Source: a virus (Duplodnaviria; Heunggongvirae; Uroviricota; Caudoviricetes). From it: a stretch of DNA of 64,000 bases. The stretch lies in the IMG/VR virus record IMGVR_UViG_3300029511_000167; one strand, written 5' to 3'. Shown one piece after another: positions 28,271 through 37,684 of this stretch. Both the position numbers and the translations under genes were made by a program. The first letter of the stretch is position 1, and each line of letters opens with the position of its first letter. The notes below the pieces were generated by a model. The model did no database searches. It saw nothing but the letters and a program-made list of their open reading frames with translations, and was not told where the DNA came from.

Positions 28271-28283
28271 CTTTCATACTAAA
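28271..28283 (+). promoter_or_regulatory. plus-strand TTTCATACTAAAA promoter-like motif
   Basis: 30 nt upstream of the plus-strand gene 28310..29098. The reverse-oriented copy at 28191-28200 serves the divergent flotillin gene. Confidence 0.45.
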
Positions 28284-28309
28284 AACAAAAAAAATAAAAA
28301 GGAGAACCT

Positions 28310-29098
28310 ATGTATCAGATTAAGAATTATTTGAATAATGATGATGTTAAAATCATCGACAAACTTGGGCCCTTTCAGGTCATTGAATATCAAAGAGACT
28401 TGAGTGTAACACCGGAAAGTGCTTTGTTTGCTTACTACTGCAATGCAATGAATGTCCGAAAACGTCAGGTGGTTTGCGATTTAAAACAGGCGAATGTTAC
28501 TATTCAGGCAGGTGCTATGCAATGGATGCTTGGAAATGTTGCAGCGACCACTGGCTTAAAAGGTGTGGGAGATCTGTTTGGAAAGGCAATCCGTGGAAAG
28601 GCGACGGGAGAAGCTGCTATTAAGCCAGAATATAAGGGAGACGGTCTTTTGGTATTGGAACCTACTTATCGCCATATCCTTCTCATTGATGTGTCTGAGT
28701 GGAATGGTGGAATTGTTCTTGATGACGGGCTTTTTCTTGCCTGCGACTCAAGCCTTCAGCACAAAGCTATTATGCGAAGCAATTTAAGTTCTGCTGTTGC
28801 TGGTGGAGAAGGACTCTTTAATCTGAGCATCAACGGATCCGGTGTGGTTTGCCTAGAGTCTCAGGTCCCAAAAGAAGAGCTGATTGAAGTATCTCTGGAA
28901 AACGATGTAATTAAAATTGATGGAAATATGGCGATTGCTTGGAGCCGGAGTTTGGAATTTACCGTGGAGCGTTCTGGGAAAACACTGCTTGGCTCTGCTG
29001 CTTCTGGCGAAGGATTAGTAAATGTCTATCGCGGAACCGGAAAAATTCTAATGGCTCCAACTGCCAGACCTCCAGTTGTCACATTCTCAAAACAATAA
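28310..29098 (+). CDS. AIM24/DUF124 family protein
   Basis: 262 aa with VTIQAGAMQWMLGNV, GGEGLFNLSINGSGVVCLES and GEGLVNVYRGTGKILMAP blocks typical of TIGR00266/AIM24. Confidence 0.7.
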   Translation: MYQIKNYLNNDDVKIIDKLGPFQVIEYQRDLSVTPESALFAYYCNAMNVRKRQVVCDLKQANVTIQAGAMQWMLGNVAATTGLKGVGDLFGKAIRGKATGEAAIKPEYKGDGLLVLEPTYRHILLIDVSEWNGGIVLDDGLFLACDSSLQHKAIMRSNLSSAVAGGEGLFNLSINGSGVVCLESQVPKEELIEVSLENDVIKIDGNMAIAWSRSLEFTVERSGKTLLGSAASGEGLVNVYRGTGKILMAPTARPPVVTFSKQ

Positions 29099-29125
29099 AA
29101 AAAGAGCCATTAGGCTCTTTTTTGT
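29098..29125. terminator. bidirectional terminator of the agagcc-NNNN-ggctct family
   Basis: aaaaaaagagccattaggctcttttttg. Sibling hairpins lie at 53993-54024, 59760-59790 and 60672-60700. Confidence 0.65.
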
Positions 29126-29823
29126 TAGATTCGTTTGCAAATATCTTTCTGATAGGCTTCCTTGAAACCATACAAATCAACGATGGCTTCTGATTCAGCC
29201 TGAAAATAGCAAATGATTCTTTTTTTGGGAATCTGGATGGTCCAGAGTTCTCCTTCGTTGTCAAAGCGTGTGGCAAAACGTTCTGCGATTTCTTTTTCCA
29301 AGCTCCAGGATAATGCCTTTGTGTTTTTCTGATTGTATTTTGACACACCACGATATAATGTGACCATATCTGGAAGATTTCTTATGAAATTCAACTCTTC
29401 TGCATTCATTAGATTTTCCTTCTTAGCTTTTTTAAACCAGGAAACCAATGTTTTTGTAGATACTCCACCGTTTGAATTTGGCCATTCAATCGATTGCCAA
29501 AAATTCTTTAAGACTCTTCCCAGCTCTGCTTCATCCAAATCATCCACAATATATTTAAGAAACGTCAAAATGTAGGGTTTATGAAACAGCATCAGAAGCT
29601 GAATCAGATCTTCAGATTCATTAATTTTTGCCTGTAGATTATCTCGCCAAAGTTTTACATCTTCTTTTTCATGTAGATCCAATGTCTTATACGTTCCTTG
29701 AGCGAAGATAGCAGTCAGCCACATATTGGTAAACGGATGAGTTGCAATGAAGGAAAAATCAGTTTCCTTGATGTCCAATTGCAAAAAAACATTTGCCATT
29801 TTCTTTATTTTTGCTAAATTCAT
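29125..29823 (-). CDS. hypothetical protein with a possible minimal R-S-E ADP-ribosyltransferase-like motif in its C-terminal third
   Basis: TLYRG ... LSWSL ... QAESEA is arranged like the Arg / S-x-S / (Q)ExE motifs of ADP-ribosyltransferases. It lies 8 nt downstream of the macrodomain gene. This is a weak, motif-only call. Confidence 0.3.
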   Translation of the reverse strand: MNLAKIKKMANVFLQLDIKETDFSFIATHPFTNMWLTAIFAQGTYKTLDLHEKEDVKLWRDNLQAKINESEDLIQLLMLFHKPYILTFLKYIVDDLDEAELGRVLKNFWQSIEWPNSNGGVSTKTLVSWFKKAKKENLMNAEELNFIRNLPDMVTLYRGVSKYNQKNTKALSWSLEKEIAERFATRFDNEGELWTIQIPKKRIICYFQAESEAIVDLYGFKEAYQKDICKRI

Positions 29824-29831
29824 AATTCTCC

Positions 29832-30611
29832 TTATTTTTCAAATACATTTCGAAATGCATTCAGATTCGGGCCTGACGGAATCGCAAATACTACGGTGTC
29901 AAAGCTTTGTCTCTGCTTTAATGCCTCTGCGAAACACTCTGCTGTTTCTTCTGCTGCTTGCCCAAATACACCACATCCGAATGCGCCTAGAATCAGTATA
30001 TCAACTTTTTTGGAATTTGCAATATCAACCACAAACTGAATCCTGTCTTTTAATGCTTTTAGATTTTCTTCGTCTGATACATGCTGATACGTTTGTGCCG
30101 CGTGTTTGTTTGGCGCAGCGCAGGTAATAACATCGCAATGAACAGATTTTCCATTTCGTTCAAATCGCACATTTGGCGTATACAGCGCCCGATTGGTATA
30201 GAGAGCCTTGTTTTTGTGTGCCTGATTCCACTCATAATAGCTTTCTTTTTTTGAAAGCACGTTATAGAGAAATGACTCATGGCATAAGGACTCTTCCTGG
30301 GCAGAACTTCCATTTAAGAACATGCCACCCGGATTCTTATAGGAGGCAAAATTTAATACAGCAGTTTTTCCATCCTTTGCGTGTCTCATGATACTTTCTA
30401 CACTGTCGGATTCTTCCAAGAGAATTTTCATTCTTCCTTTTTCATCCATTCTTTTTGCTGTTTTTTCAAATGGTACTGCTTTTTCGGTTGCTGTTAATAC
30501 GATTGTCTCTGCGGCTGCCTTTGCAATTTCGTCTGCATGAGTTTCTTCCATTAATTTCGTATGAAGAACGGCCTTCTTTGCACGTTCTTCCTTGTTTTTC
30601 CAATAGCTCAT
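29832..30611 (-). CDS. macrodomain protein of the bacterial PARG-like / TIGR02452 (DUF2263) type
   Basis: LNFASYKNPGGMFLNGSSAQEESLCHESFLY contains the PARG signature GG-X8-QEE. C-terminal ILGAFGCGVFGQ. Confidence 0.65.
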   Translation of the reverse strand: MSYWKNKEERAKKAVLHTKLMEETHADEIAKAAAETIVLTATEKAVPFEKTAKRMDEKGRMKILLEESDSVESIMRHAKDGKTAVLNFASYKNPGGMFLNGSSAQEESLCHESFLYNVLSKKESYYEWNQAHKNKALYTNRALYTPNVRFERNGKSVHCDVITCAAPNKHAAQTYQHVSDEENLKALKDRIQFVVDIANSKKVDILILGAFGCGVFGQAAEETAECFAEALKQRQSFDTVVFAIPSGPNLNAFRNVFEK

Positions 30612-30622
30612 ATGGTTTCTCC

Positions 30623-32803
30623 TTATTTTTCTTCTGTTTTCTGTTTTCTTTTTTCATAAAGTTTCCTGACATGGCAGATATTGCTGCTTGGATCGTTAAG
30701 CTGAATGATTCCTTTTTCCAGTAATTCTTTTGCAAATACAATGAATCTGAAATCATCTGCTGATAATGCAGCCATATTTAGCAGCTGCAGCCGCCCAAGC
30801 AGGCCGCGTCTGCGTTTCCATGTCTTATAGTAGTTTAATTTGAGTTTGAACATGAAGTGGTTTGTATCTTCAAGCACAAACCCTTCAATGGGCTTTCCAT
30901 TATAGGTGTATGTACCATTCTGATCCGATTTTAGCAGGTTCTGATACCAGGCATCAAATTCATCGTAGGTGTTAAACTTAAATACCAGCTTTTTCGGCTG
31001 CAGATGGTAGGCAGCTGCAAAGGCCAATAGCTCTTCATAGCTTTTTTTCTGGAAATCAAACTCGTTTTTAATGATATCCAGAAGATAGACCTCGCTGTCT
31101 TCATAATCGATGATATGCGGGTCGTTTACCTGGTCCACACACTCAAAGACCAGCGTTTCAGAATGTTCTTTCAGATACTTCTTTAATGATTCTATCGTTT
31201 CTTCTGAAAGTTTCTTATAAAGCATATCTTTAAAACAGCCTGCGGCTTTTCCCGTCGGATCTGATTTTGTGGTGATAAACAGCTCATCTTTTTCTTTGTT
31301 AAAGCTTACCATACCAAGAAATCCATTTTCTTTAACATACGCTTCTACTGGAAATACCAGTTTTTCTTTCAGATTATGATACATGGTTTCTTCTACTTCG
31401 TCTACAGCGAAAAACTTATCATATCCACGACAGACCAGTTCTTCTGTTTTTGTATTAAGGTAAAGTCCACGGGCCTTGACCGTTCGTTCATTCCATACCC
31501 GGTTATTGAAAGCTTCCCTTGAAAAATTAAAAGAAGAAATCGAATCAAACTTTTTTTCTTTAATGTACGGGTCTTTTCTTAAGGTTTCAATTGCATCATG
31601 AACTGTTGAAAAATCAGTTTCCGGCTTTCGGTATACGGTGTTTCTAATTTCAGTTGTTTCTATCCCAGCAGCAGAGACAACAGCAGCCCGCAAGAAGCCG
31701 CCAAGTTCTACTTTTCCTTCTAGATTGTAGTTTCGATTGGTAGAATGAACTGGATAGCCAAAATTTCGATGTCCGTGAATCTGGTAGATATGATTGGGCA
31801 TGGATGCATCAAACATTTCTTCGGCTTCTTTTACATCAGGATAACCGCCAACACCGTGGATCATCTGTTCGGTAGAAAGAAAGATTGGATTTCCAGGAAT
31901 GGTACTTACACCGCCATGGCAGCCAAAGACAACTTTATCGTGATAGCGGTAGTATACACACTGAGCAAGCTTTCGATAAAAAATACGTACTTCTTTTTTT
32001 GAAATACCTGCTGCTTCCAGTTCTTTTGCCGTATGCTCCTCAAATTCTTTTGACGGAGTATGCTCATTATGTGCCCATAGGTGTAACCACCGCTCATGAT
32101 TTCCTTCCAGCAGCAGAACATTTTCTCTTTTTGAAAGGTTCATCATAAGTTTTAAAGTGTTCACATTATCTGGGCCGCGATCCAGATAGTCGCCATGGAA
32201 AATGTAAAACTCATCTTCTTTCAGTCCGCCTTTAAGATAACACTGCAATGCGTCAAAGCACCCGTGAATATCTCCAATGTGGTGGATCTTCTTATATTTA
32301 CTGAAATCCAGCGGCATAAGCAGCAGTTTTTCAAACTCATCTGGCTTGATAAATGGAAAATCTGCATAAAACGGCAGCTGCAGCCACTTACAAAACTTTT
32401 CCATCACCTCATCTGGCACTTGTTCTACCTGGCTGCGGCTACGGTTGCGGCGCATCGCATCTGCGAGGCTAATATCCGTAAAATCCACACCTATAATGCG
32501 GTAGCGATAGGTTTTTGCAAGGGTGCGATACTTATTTACATCTTTCTGAAGAATATTAGTGGCGTCAATGATTAAAAATTCACCTCGCGCCATTCTCTTT
32601 TCTGCAATCTTTGTTAGAAGCTCCCACACTTCCTTATCGTTCATTCGGGATGTTTTAATCCTTCCATCAATACCCAACACTGGGCCTTCATAAAGTCTTC
32701 GAATAGTATCTGAGCTTAATGTATAAGGCTCCAGCTGGTGTTCTTTTATCCAGGTTGTTTTTCCAGAAGCTGGAATTCCTCTAAGTAATACTAGTGTTCT
32801 CAT
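30623..32803 (-). CDS. pnkp: polynucleotide kinase-phosphatase Pnkp with C-terminal ligase-like nucleotidyltransferase domain (RNA end-healing/sealing enzyme)
   Basis: N-terminal P-loop LRGIPASGKTT, as in a 5' kinase. Central calcineurin-type phosphoesterase motifs IGDIHGC, GDYLDRGP and GNHE. C-terminal covalent-NTase-like motifs EGFVLED and FKLKL. No hen1 gene is adjacent. Confidence 0.75.
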   Translation of the reverse strand: MRTLVLLRGIPASGKTTWIKEHQLEPYTLSSDTIRRLYEGPVLGIDGRIKTSRMNDKEVWELLTKIAEKRMARGEFLIIDATNILQKDVNKYRTLAKTYRYRIIGVDFTDISLADAMRRNRSRSQVEQVPDEVMEKFCKWLQLPFYADFPFIKPDEFEKLLLMPLDFSKYKKIHHIGDIHGCFDALQCYLKGGLKEDEFYIFHGDYLDRGPDNVNTLKLMMNLSKRENVLLLEGNHERWLHLWAHNEHTPSKEFEEHTAKELEAAGISKKEVRIFYRKLAQCVYYRYHDKVVFGCHGGVSTIPGNPIFLSTEQMIHGVGGYPDVKEAEEMFDASMPNHIYQIHGHRNFGYPVHSTNRNYNLEGKVELGGFLRAAVVSAAGIETTEIRNTVYRKPETDFSTVHDAIETLRKDPYIKEKKFDSISSFNFSREAFNNRVWNERTVKARGLYLNTKTEELVCRGYDKFFAVDEVEETMYHNLKEKLVFPVEAYVKENGFLGMVSFNKEKDELFITTKSDPTGKAAGCFKDMLYKKLSEETIESLKKYLKEHSETLVFECVDQVNDPHIIDYEDSEVYLLDIIKNEFDFQKKSYEELLAFAAAYHLQPKKLVFKFNTYDEFDAWYQNLLKSDQNGTYTYNGKPIEGFVLEDTNHFMFKLKLNYYKTWKRRRGLLGRLQLLNMAALSADDFRFIVFAKELLEKGIIQLNDPSSNICHVRKLYEKRKQKTEEK

Positions 32804-32884
32804 ATTTCTTCCTCCATGTTTGATTTTCTCTTATAATGTGGAAAAAAAAGAAAAGATAAAGAAAAAAGAGAGGAAGTTCCTCTC

Positions 32885-33472
32885 TTAAATATATTCTCCT
32901 TTGATATGACCGGATACGATTCCGTTTACTTCCAGAAATGCCATCCACTTTTCTACGGCTTCATATACCTGCACGGCAACCTTGTTTGGCTCTGAGTAGC
33001 TTTCTTTTGATAACATTGCCTGATACTCATAAGGCTGACAAAAATCATCATCCAGTACATCAATCCGAAAATCGGTTGGATCGTCTTTATTAATGGAAAT
33101 GGAAAAACTGATACTGGATACGATTCCACGGCAGAAATACCAGTATCCTTCTCTATAATCCGTAAAACCAAGGGTCCGCATTTCTTCTTCTGGCAGTAAA
33201 TGAATCTGAATCTTTTTGTTGATACCACGATCATTTACCTCAAAATCTGGAAACGTCAGATATGGTTTCTTCTTTTCAATCTTCATAGGTTCTGGCTGTG
33301 GCTCATCCCACCATCCTTCTATCTTTGAATAGGTTCGATTGGAATCTGCATCTTTCCACTGATTGTTTCCCATATATCTACAGGCAACTACATTTGGTTT
33401 TCCAAATTTAATAGTCGTTGTCCAATATACGTTTCCCTTTTTTGCTTCTTTTTCGTTTGCTTTCATCCACAT
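32885..33472 (-). CDS. hypothetical protein
   Basis: 195-aa ORF. Confidence 0.5.
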   Translation of the reverse strand: MWMKANEKEAKKGNVYWTTTIKFGKPNVVACRYMGNNQWKDADSNRTYSKIEGWWDEPQPEPMKIEKKKPYLTFPDFEVNDRGINKKIQIHLLPEEEMRTLGFTDYREGYWYFCRGIVSSISFSISINKDDPTDFRIDVLDDDFCQPYEYQAMLSKESYSEPNKVAVQVYEAVEKWMAFLEVNGIVSGHIKGEYI

Positions 33473-33499
33473 GATAGGTTCCTTTCTCTTTTCTTTGTT

Positions 33500-34690
33500 C
33501 TACATTTTTTCTGGTATTTCCTTGGAAAATTTCTTATTAAAAATCTTGTTTTGCAAGGACACTGGCGATATTGGATAGGAAATGTCATTTAAGATCTCAT
33601 AGCTTTCATGAAACTTATCACACATTTCTTTCGCCTGCACTTCATTAAATGCTTCGAACTTAATTTTTAAGTCAAATCGTCCTTCTCTGATAAGTGCTGG
33701 ATCCAATCGGTCTATATGGTTCGTTGTGGCTAATATGATTGTATTTTCTGGAGACATTGGACCATCCAGAAACTGAAGCATTGCATTTACCTTTGCTTCG
33801 TCTTCTTTTGATGATTCTTCCCTGTCCTTTGGCAGCAGCTCATCAAGTTCTTCCATAACAACGATGTTAATTCGTTTTCCCTGTTTGAAATCCAGATCCT
33901 GGCTGTTCTGATAGATGTATCGCAAATCCCGCTGCAGTAGATCGATGTTTTTTGACAAATCCAGGTATGTCACCTGATTCTGGCATTCATAGGAATCGCT
34001 GGCATAGCTGATAATCGCTTTTACGACACTTGATTTTCCAGTTCCTGGTTCTCCATATAGAAGAATTCCAAGCTTATACGGGATTCCATAATGCTGGAAT
34101 GTTGCATGGTTTTTTCTAAAATTGTCCAGGGAGGTTAAGATCTTCTTTTTATCTTTTAAAATAATCTCATCAAAGGACTTATACGGAAAATATATGTATC
34201 CACCACCTGACTGATAATTCGCACTGATGAATCGTCCCTGGTCTCTGTTTTTCTTCATTTTTGCTTTAATGAAGGTAATGAGCCGATGGGCGTGATAGTA
34301 GGCATTCAGTCCAATAAAGGTTACTGACACATAGCTCAGTTCTTCTCTATATTTACAGTCATCTTCCAGCTCTCTTCTATCAAACCGGATGCTGCAATAA
34401 GTCATATCATCCAGATAGAATGAAAATCTGGTTGGCCTTAATGATACTTCAAGCTTTGATGGATTTCCGCTTGCGATATCCAGGTAGGTATTTCCATCCC
34501 GGTTTCGCTTCTTATAAACATGCTTAATGTATTTTTCTACATATCTTGAATATACTTCGCTGCTGAAATTTACCGTAGCGCAAAAGCGTCGACTTGCTTT
34601 AGAACGAACATAAACCGCAGCTGCCTTTCCGGCTGCAGATGCAGAGGCTGCTGTATATTCTTTCAATAATTTAGATATGAGTGGATTCAA
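33500..34690 (-). CDS. AAA+ ATPase (BCS1-like architecture: N-terminal domain plus single AAA module)
   Basis: Walker A GILLYGEPGTGKSS. Sensor/arginine-finger region ATTNHIDRLDPALIREGRFD. Confidence 0.7.
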   Translation of the reverse strand: MNPLISKLLKEYTAASASAAGKAAAVYVRSKASRRFCATVNFSSEVYSRYVEKYIKHVYKKRNRDGNTYLDIASGNPSKLEVSLRPTRFSFYLDDMTYCSIRFDRRELEDDCKYREELSYVSVTFIGLNAYYHAHRLITFIKAKMKKNRDQGRFISANYQSGGGYIYFPYKSFDEIILKDKKKILTSLDNFRKNHATFQHYGIPYKLGILLYGEPGTGKSSVVKAIISYASDSYECQNQVTYLDLSKNIDLLQRDLRYIYQNSQDLDFKQGKRINIVVMEELDELLPKDREESSKEDEAKVNAMLQFLDGPMSPENTIILATTNHIDRLDPALIREGRFDLKIKFEAFNEVQAKEMCDKFHESYEILNDISYPISPVSLQNKIFNKKFSKEIPEKM

Positions 34691-34729
34691 TTTTTGTCCT
34701 CCTTATAACCGGTTTCTTTCTCATTGCGC

Positions 34730-35077
34730 TTATGCCGTTTTTTCATAAAATGTAAAATACCCTTCGCCTAGGTTAAACACTGCTTCATAATAGGTATTTT
34801 CTTTTTTGCAAACTAAGATGTCTCGATCGTTCCAGCGCTCGTAGCTGAAGATTTGACATCCCAAAGCTTTTACTAAATTCTTTAAATCCTGAATGGAAAT
34901 GAAAATGCGACTGTCGACTTCTTTTATTTTTCCTGCAATGACTGCAGATAAAGTACGTCTGTAATACCGATTTAATTCGGTGTTTAATTCTGATTCCGTT
35001 TTTCCCAAAATTTTATCTCCTTCAAGTTCTGAAATTTCATTTTGAGAAATTGTGTGGTTATGATTATATGTTCTCAT
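34730..35077 (-). CDS. hypothetical protein
   Basis: 115-aa ORF. Motif agtatg at 35107-35112. Confidence 0.45.
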   Translation of the reverse strand: MRTYNHNHTISQNEISELEGDKILGKTESELNTELNRYYRRTLSAVIAGKIKEVDSRIFISIQDLKNLVKALGCQIFSYERWNDRDILVCKKENTYYEAVFNLGEGYFTFYEKTA

Positions 35078-35152
35078 GTTTTTCTCCTTCTTTCATTTTC
35101 ATTATTAGTATGAGAGTTTCATGGAAAAACAAAAACCTGCACAAGGCAGGTT

Positions 35153-36214
35153 TTAAAATAATTGGATCCAGGCTCCGTCCGCATCTACAGTATATCCATC
35201 CGGTGTAACTGCATTGGCCCACATCGCTCCACTTGATGGATCCAGGTAGTACCATTTTCCGCTTGGGCCTGAAGTATGCCATCCAGTTTTCATAGAGCCA
35301 TCTTGATTTAGGTAATACCACTGACCATTTACATGAACCCAGCCGGTCATCATGGTACAGGTATCGGAGAAGAAGTACCATTTCTCATTCAGTAGTCTCC
35401 ATCCAGATCTGGCAGCACGATTGCCATCTGCTGGATCAAAGTAATACCAATGTCCGTTAATCATCTGCCAGCCGCTGGCCGGGTTTCCATTGTCATCCTT
35501 AAAATAGTAATTTTCATAGTTGCCAGCAAATGAACCATATACTGTATTGTCAGCTGCAGAAACAGACTCATCGCAATTGACCCAGTCAGACGCTAATAAA
35601 TATTTTGATTCTCCGTCTTCAATTCCTGCTGCCCTGATATCGAATGTAATGTCATCAGAATCTGTTGCATAATCGGACAGGTCAATCTTTTCATTGGATG
35701 TTTCAATCGTCTTATAATACTCTCCATCCCTATAAAGCTTTAATTCATATCCAGTTGCGTATTCCACCTCATCCCAGGTAGCTTCATACTCATCTTCGAA
35801 ATAAATGTTTTCGGGCGCTTCTAACTGAACTTTTGGAACGTAGTTTAGTTTCATGCGAATTTCATTTCTGGAAATCGATGTACTTTTGGGAATGCTGGCA
35901 TTTCCAGAGCAGTGAACTTTTGTTTCACTCTTGCTGAAGAAATTTCCATCCGTTGGAACAATTGTAATGTCATAGGTGATTTTTCGTCCTGGCTTCCAGT
36001 CACTGTAATCTTTGGTTGCGCTGATGGATTCAATCTCATAATCGTTTGAATTACATTTTACTTCAACCGGATAGACCACTCCGGGTGATGGCTTATCCTC
36101 TTCCACAGATATACCAACAGATGTGATCCGATTAGACCCTGCATAAGCAGGAATGGATGATAATGCGGCTATTCCCGCGGCTGCTAACAGCACTTTCTTA
36201 CTTTTTCTTTTCAT
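35153..36214 (-). CDS. secreted protein with C-terminal cell-wall-binding (YG/choline-binding-type) repeats
   Basis: Start MKRKSKKVLLAAAGIAALSSIPAYA (signal peptide). C-terminal GW..NGHWYYF / KWYFFS / GQWYYLNQDGSMKTGW / GKWYYL repeats. Confidence 0.65.
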   Translation of the reverse strand: MKRKSKKVLLAAAGIAALSSIPAYAGSNRITSVGISVEEDKPSPGVVYPVEVKCNSNDYEIESISATKDYSDWKPGRKITYDITIVPTDGNFFSKSETKVHCSGNASIPKSTSISRNEIRMKLNYVPKVQLEAPENIYFEDEYEATWDEVEYATGYELKLYRDGEYYKTIETSNEKIDLSDYATDSDDITFDIRAAGIEDGESKYLLASDWVNCDESVSAADNTVYGSFAGNYENYYFKDDNGNPASGWQMINGHWYYFDPADGNRAARSGWRLLNEKWYFFSDTCTMMTGWVHVNGQWYYLNQDGSMKTGWHTSGPSGKWYYLDPSSGAMWANAVTPDGYTVDADGAWIQLF

Positions 36215-36404
36215 ATCTTTTTTCTCCTCTCTATATTTTTCTGATGTTACAAAAATAGTATGCAAGAATTGGTACTTCTTTAAGAAGTCAGAAGAAAAAG
36301 AGGAAGAAGCTCTTCTTTCTTTTCCATTTTCTATTTCCTTCTTCTTATATCACTATTGTTGGTATAAAAAAAAGAGGTGCAAAAACACCTCTTATCACAG
36401 CTTC

Positions 36405-37046
36405 TTACTCAGCGGCTGCTTCACTCTCTACATCTGTCTCTGTCTCAGACTCTGCAACTGTCTCGGCTTCCTCTTCTGCTGCCGTTTCATTTGCAACATC
36501 AGCTGCAGACTCATCAGAATCTACGGTTGCCTCATCGGTCTTACTCTCATCGGTTTCAACACTCTTTGTCGTCTCTGCGCTGCTTTCTTTCTTTTCATCA
36601 TCTGTAATAGTTAAGGATTCTGCATCATCCACTGGCTCGATTTCGTATACACGGCTGTAGATCGGCGGTAAGCTTCTGGTAGCAATGGCACTGTGATGCA
36701 CCATATACTTGGTTCCAGGTTCCATTTCCTCCGGAACAATCGTGAATTCACTTACCAGTGCCTGGAACTCATTTCCTTTTTCATCGATAAAGATTAACTT
36801 ATCCTGGGTGCCATTCTCATCTTCCATCGGTTCTGAATACTGGTAGGTAGCTACGGTCTGCATTACAGCAGTTGCATCCGGCTGCGTCTCATCCATTGGT
36901 GTAATCGGGACATCAGCATCCTCAATTGTCTCTCCATCTACGCCAATGTGAACGACCGGATCCTGCTTCTTTGCACAACCAGTAAACATCATGCAGGCGG
37001 AAGCTGCAACTGCAGCACACAGTAACATCTTTTTTGTTTTTTTCAT
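36405..37046 (-). CDS. acidic lipoprotein
   Basis: Start MKKTKKMLLCAAVAASACMMFTGC (lipobox). D/E/T-rich C-terminus. Terminator hairpin agaggtg-caaaaa-cacctct at about 36375-36400. Confidence 0.6.
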   Translation of the reverse strand: MKKTKKMLLCAAVAASACMMFTGCAKKQDPVVHIGVDGETIEDADVPITPMDETQPDATAVMQTVATYQYSEPMEDENGTQDKLIFIDEKGNEFQALVSEFTIVPEEMEPGTKYMVHHSAIATRSLPPIYSRVYEIEPVDDAESLTITDDEKKESSAETTKSVETDESKTDEATVDSDESAADVANETAAEEEAETVAESETETDVESEAAAE

Positions 37047-37220
37047 AATATTTTTCTCCTCTTTTTGGTTTAACAATGTTAGTATGAAAGATCCCACAAC
37101 GAAAACTGGGATTTTTTAAAAGGTATCAAAAATAGTGATACCAGGCATGAAAAAAAGAAAGAAGAAAGAATTCCCTGAAATGTTTCAAGACAGGGAACTC
37201 TTATCGTTTCTTAATCTTTT

Positions 37221-37562
37221 TTATACTAGCTTCTTTTTTGATGCTGGGTGAGCCATCTGCTTTCTCATGTAAGCCTCAAATCTCTCCACGATCATCTCCC
37301 GCTGCTTTACAATGGTACGGTTTAACTTTCTAACGGCTTCTCTTCTGCCAGTCTCTTCATCATAAGGATCTGCTTCGTGGCATTTAACTCTGGCCACTAA
37401 CTTATCCTCGCCATACAGCCAATCCTGCGCCATCATCCAGTCCAGATCAATCCAGGGATACCTGACTGCGATAAGTGCAATTCCATCTACTGCGTGGCCG
37501 ATCTCAACTGCGGTTGTATATGCTCCGTTCACTGCAATTTTAATATTTCTTTCATTTCTCAT
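37221..37562 (-). CDS. hypothetical protein
   Basis: 113-aa ORF. Motif catacTATAAT 37 nt upstream. Confidence 0.5.
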   Translation of the reverse strand: MRNERNIKIAVNGAYTTAVEIGHAVDGIALIAVRYPWIDLDWMMAQDWLYGEDKLVARVKCHEADPYDEETGRREAVRKLNRTIVKQREMIVERFEAYMRKQMAHPASKKKLV

Positions 37563-37684
37563 GATTGGTTCTCCTTATTTAAAAAATGTTCTAATTATAG
37601 TATGAGAGAAATTCTCAAAACGGTGCGCCTTAATTTAAAAAATATCAGTAATTATGATATTCACTCAAATGAATCCGTTTTTTT

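Noticed and set aside
35064-35381. 105-aa ORF overlapping the 3' end of the cell-wall-binding-repeat gene in another frame
   Set aside because: It is fully embedded in a gene with strong repeat-domain evidence and has no independent RBS.
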